Under the pieces are notes generated by a model, which made no database searches, was not told where the DNA came from, and saw only the letters and a program-made list of their open reading frames with translations. The position numbers and the translations under genes are program-made. From Parasitella parasitica NRRL 2501 (Eukaryota > Fungi > Mucoromycota): a DNA stretch of 64,000 bases. The DNA is taken from NCBI GenBank assembly GCA_025201805.1, contig MU619363.1:28366-92365 (forward strand), in the 5' to 3' direction. This document shows positions 61,397 to 64,000 of this stretch, in pieces (within the stretch, counting starts at the first letter, position 1; each line of letters opens with the position of its first letter).

Positions 61397-63150
61397 ACCC
61401 TAAATAATAGGCATAAAATGTTAGAATACATTCTCATATATACGCGTAAACATTTTCAAGTGATAAAGTGGAATTTATACACAGGTTTTTTCTTCGCCTT
61501 GCCTCTCAACTGAAGGACACTTTTATGGCTGTAAAACCACCACAAACGTGCATTTTCAATTTTAAAAGCGAGATAAATCTTAAACTTGATGTATGCGTTC
61601 CGTAAAAAAAAAACCAGTAAATTTTATGTGTAGATTACCATTTTTTATAGCTGTTTAGTTTATGTGTGTAGCCTCAAGGAAAAAGGTAAAGCAAAGTATA
61701 GAAAGAGTGTGTGGACCTTAGCTATTTGGAACACCTCAGTTGACTGCAGCCAATCCAATAAGAAGTGGAAACGCAGAGAGAAGTTTGAGTAGTATTGCGG
61801 TCATCCAAACTGCTTTATCAGACGGTAGAATATTTTGCTCACTAAAACTCATTTCATGTCATTTACGCAATAATAAGTCGTTTTTTTATGAGAACTGAGT
61901 CGAGCCCTTGACCTTTTTGTTGATTAAGGGCTATTTGCTACTGAGGTAATAAGTCCCCACACTCAATTTCCAATGAATAATCTCCAGAAAGACAACTTAT
62001 TCCGGCAGCGCATCAAGCTGCAGATGAAAGAAATGGCAAAGATGTTGAAATGATATTTTGCGACGAGTGACGATACACATTTACTCTAATGGCACGAAAA
62101 CTAGTAGGGCTCCTGCTACTGTGACATATTTAAAAATTCACATTTGAGCTGCCTAGAGATGCGTTAAAATTCGTTACGAATATCCTCATTGAGAAAAAAA
62201 AAGATAGGCCGTCATCGTACTTTAGGCAGTTTCGAAAGAATGCTTTCGAACTTCATCAATTGTAGACTTTTTTTGAATGTTAGGTTAGACTGCGTCCAAT
62301 TAAGTTGTTGCCATTATGGCTTTGTCACCAACAGGACATAGAAATCCTTCTGAAACCCTTATCACATAAAAACGATATTCAATTAACAATGACATTGTTA
62401 CTCTCACCCACATAAGCCTCGTCAATATGCGAGTATGTGTTTTTCCTGTCCTTAAATTGTTGGTTTGAGGTTCATGGGTGTTCTATTTATTATGTTCGAT
62501 TAATTTATTGAGCCTTTCAAACTAGGCATTCTTTTTGACCAAGGTTTTCAACTTGACAACAATGCCTCAATAGGGTAAACTAAAGACGAATACGGAGGCA
62601 ACAAGCATATCTTATGAGTTGAGTTTTTTAAGAGCTCCCTTACCAAAGGTAATTTTTGAATTGAAGCATTATTCAGTAAACAAAAATGAGAATCCACATT
62701 AGTATCATCCAGTTTCTTCATAATCGTATGACAAAAGCTTAGACCATGTCCATTTTGGACTTTTCGCCCGACTTTTCAATATGATTTACTTTGACTAAAG
62801 AACTTTTATATCAGAGGAAAATAATTATTTCATGCTGTGTTGCTTACGCATATATTTTATAACTTTTTGAAAATGGTAACACGTGCGCTCATCTTGCTAT
62901 ATTCTTGTATCTTCTATGCATACAGTAAATCATAACATATCTGAACATGTGTCAGGTACACACAGACTTGGTGTGTAACACTTTTAGTTATTATAAATAT
63001 CCATTGAACTACAAAGAATAAACATCATCTATCTTTCGTCTCTTACTTTATAATTTATATACAATTATCAAAACAACACATGACAATTGAAGCAACTTTG
63101 AAACTCGAAAAGACAACGTCTACATTCACTACACAAAACTGATAAAAAAT

Positions 63151-63222
63151 TGCCGGTAGCAGGAATCGAACCTGCATCATCACGGCCACAACGTGGTATA
63201 CTAGCCATTATACTATACCGGC
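63151..63222 (-). tRNA. tRNA-His (GUG)
   Basis: GCCGGTA/TACCGGC acceptor stem, anticodon loop TT-GTG-GC, GGTTCGATTCC T-loop, downstream T-run terminator. Confidence 0.93.
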
Positions 63223-64000
63223 GATCTTGAATGTTACAGATGTAATTTGTTTTTGCTGGTGCTGATTGATTACTCGCACGTGATCAGAGTCTGAGCCAAT
63301 TGAAGCTACGTTCCTGAACCTGATGTTAAATTCTGGGAACGTCTCATCTTAGATATATATATGGAATTATGCTTCATACTTGAAATAAAGCGAACTTTCT
63401 TACGTTTAAAATACTGTCATATATAATTATTTGCTATTCTATCGCTGAGATACTATACCTTCCTAGTTATTCGACATAATATACACTTAAACAATAGCAA
63501 AACAGTCTAATCACACTGTAATAATGAAATGGCACCTATTATATGGCACCACAATTACATTAAAATAAAATCCAGATGGATTATGGCTGATCCATCCAAG
63601 AAAGAAATACATGAAAAGCACAAGTAAACATTAACAAGTGTTGGTAGAGGCTTGCACTCCTGATCAAAGTATAATCTCCTACAACCCTGGTGTTGTATCC
63701 ATAGAATACCATGGTTACCACTATTTCAACTCAGTTGTCATGGCAACCGTTCCTAATCGGATCTAAGGTTAAATGGCATCGATTATTCTATCTAGTAAAT
63801 AGAAGTATTCAATAGAATGTCTTGTATAAGAAACCATCTATTTGGGTTCTACTTATTCTAAATTGCGAAGCTCAACTTATCGATGAATGATTCACATTCA
63901 TAACGATTAGCTGATTAAATATAGAAATAGGTCTTGCTCTGACTACTACTGTGTTATAATCTTGTTTGACAATTAAATGTCAAACATGACCTGATTGTAT

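Noticed and set aside
61500-64000. Additional genes in the terminal 2.5 kb
   Set aside because: No supportable ORF or RNA other than tRNA-His

Overview
Eukaryotic, intron-rich fungal DNA, most consistent with Mucoromycota/Mucorales (short GT-AG introns, Rhizopus-type FTR1 N-terminus, Mucorales-type transposons). It is a draft assembly with three N-gaps. 1-42.5 kb is gene-dense: B-type cyclin (3' part), SFT2-like, a 1623-aa bromodomain + pseudokinase gene that the ORF track splits into three ORFs, EI24/Rrt8-like, Baeyer-Villiger monooxygenase, hybrid histidine kinase, Fun30/SMARCAD1, WDR44-like, hexokinase, a divergent FET3/FTR1 iron-uptake pair, two F-box genes, ENA ATPase and BBP/SF1. 42.5-55 kb is an AT-rich transposon island: Harbinger relic, LINE ORF1 relic, an intact DD34E Tc1/mariner element with perfect 139-bp TIRs, two BTB/POZ genes and a relic of an unclassified element. 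It is followed by a DUF202 gene, an IP6 kinase, beta'-COP and tRNA-His. Most notable observations: the bromodomain-pseudokinase fusion; eight perfect ATCWGATAA iron-GATA motifs, five of them in an apparently gene-free 1.1 kb downstream of FTR1; the intact transposon; a short retroposed insert with poly(A) tail and TSD; and a pair of inward-facing homologous small ORFs around a resolvase-like fragment. All splice models were made by eye and no database searches were run.
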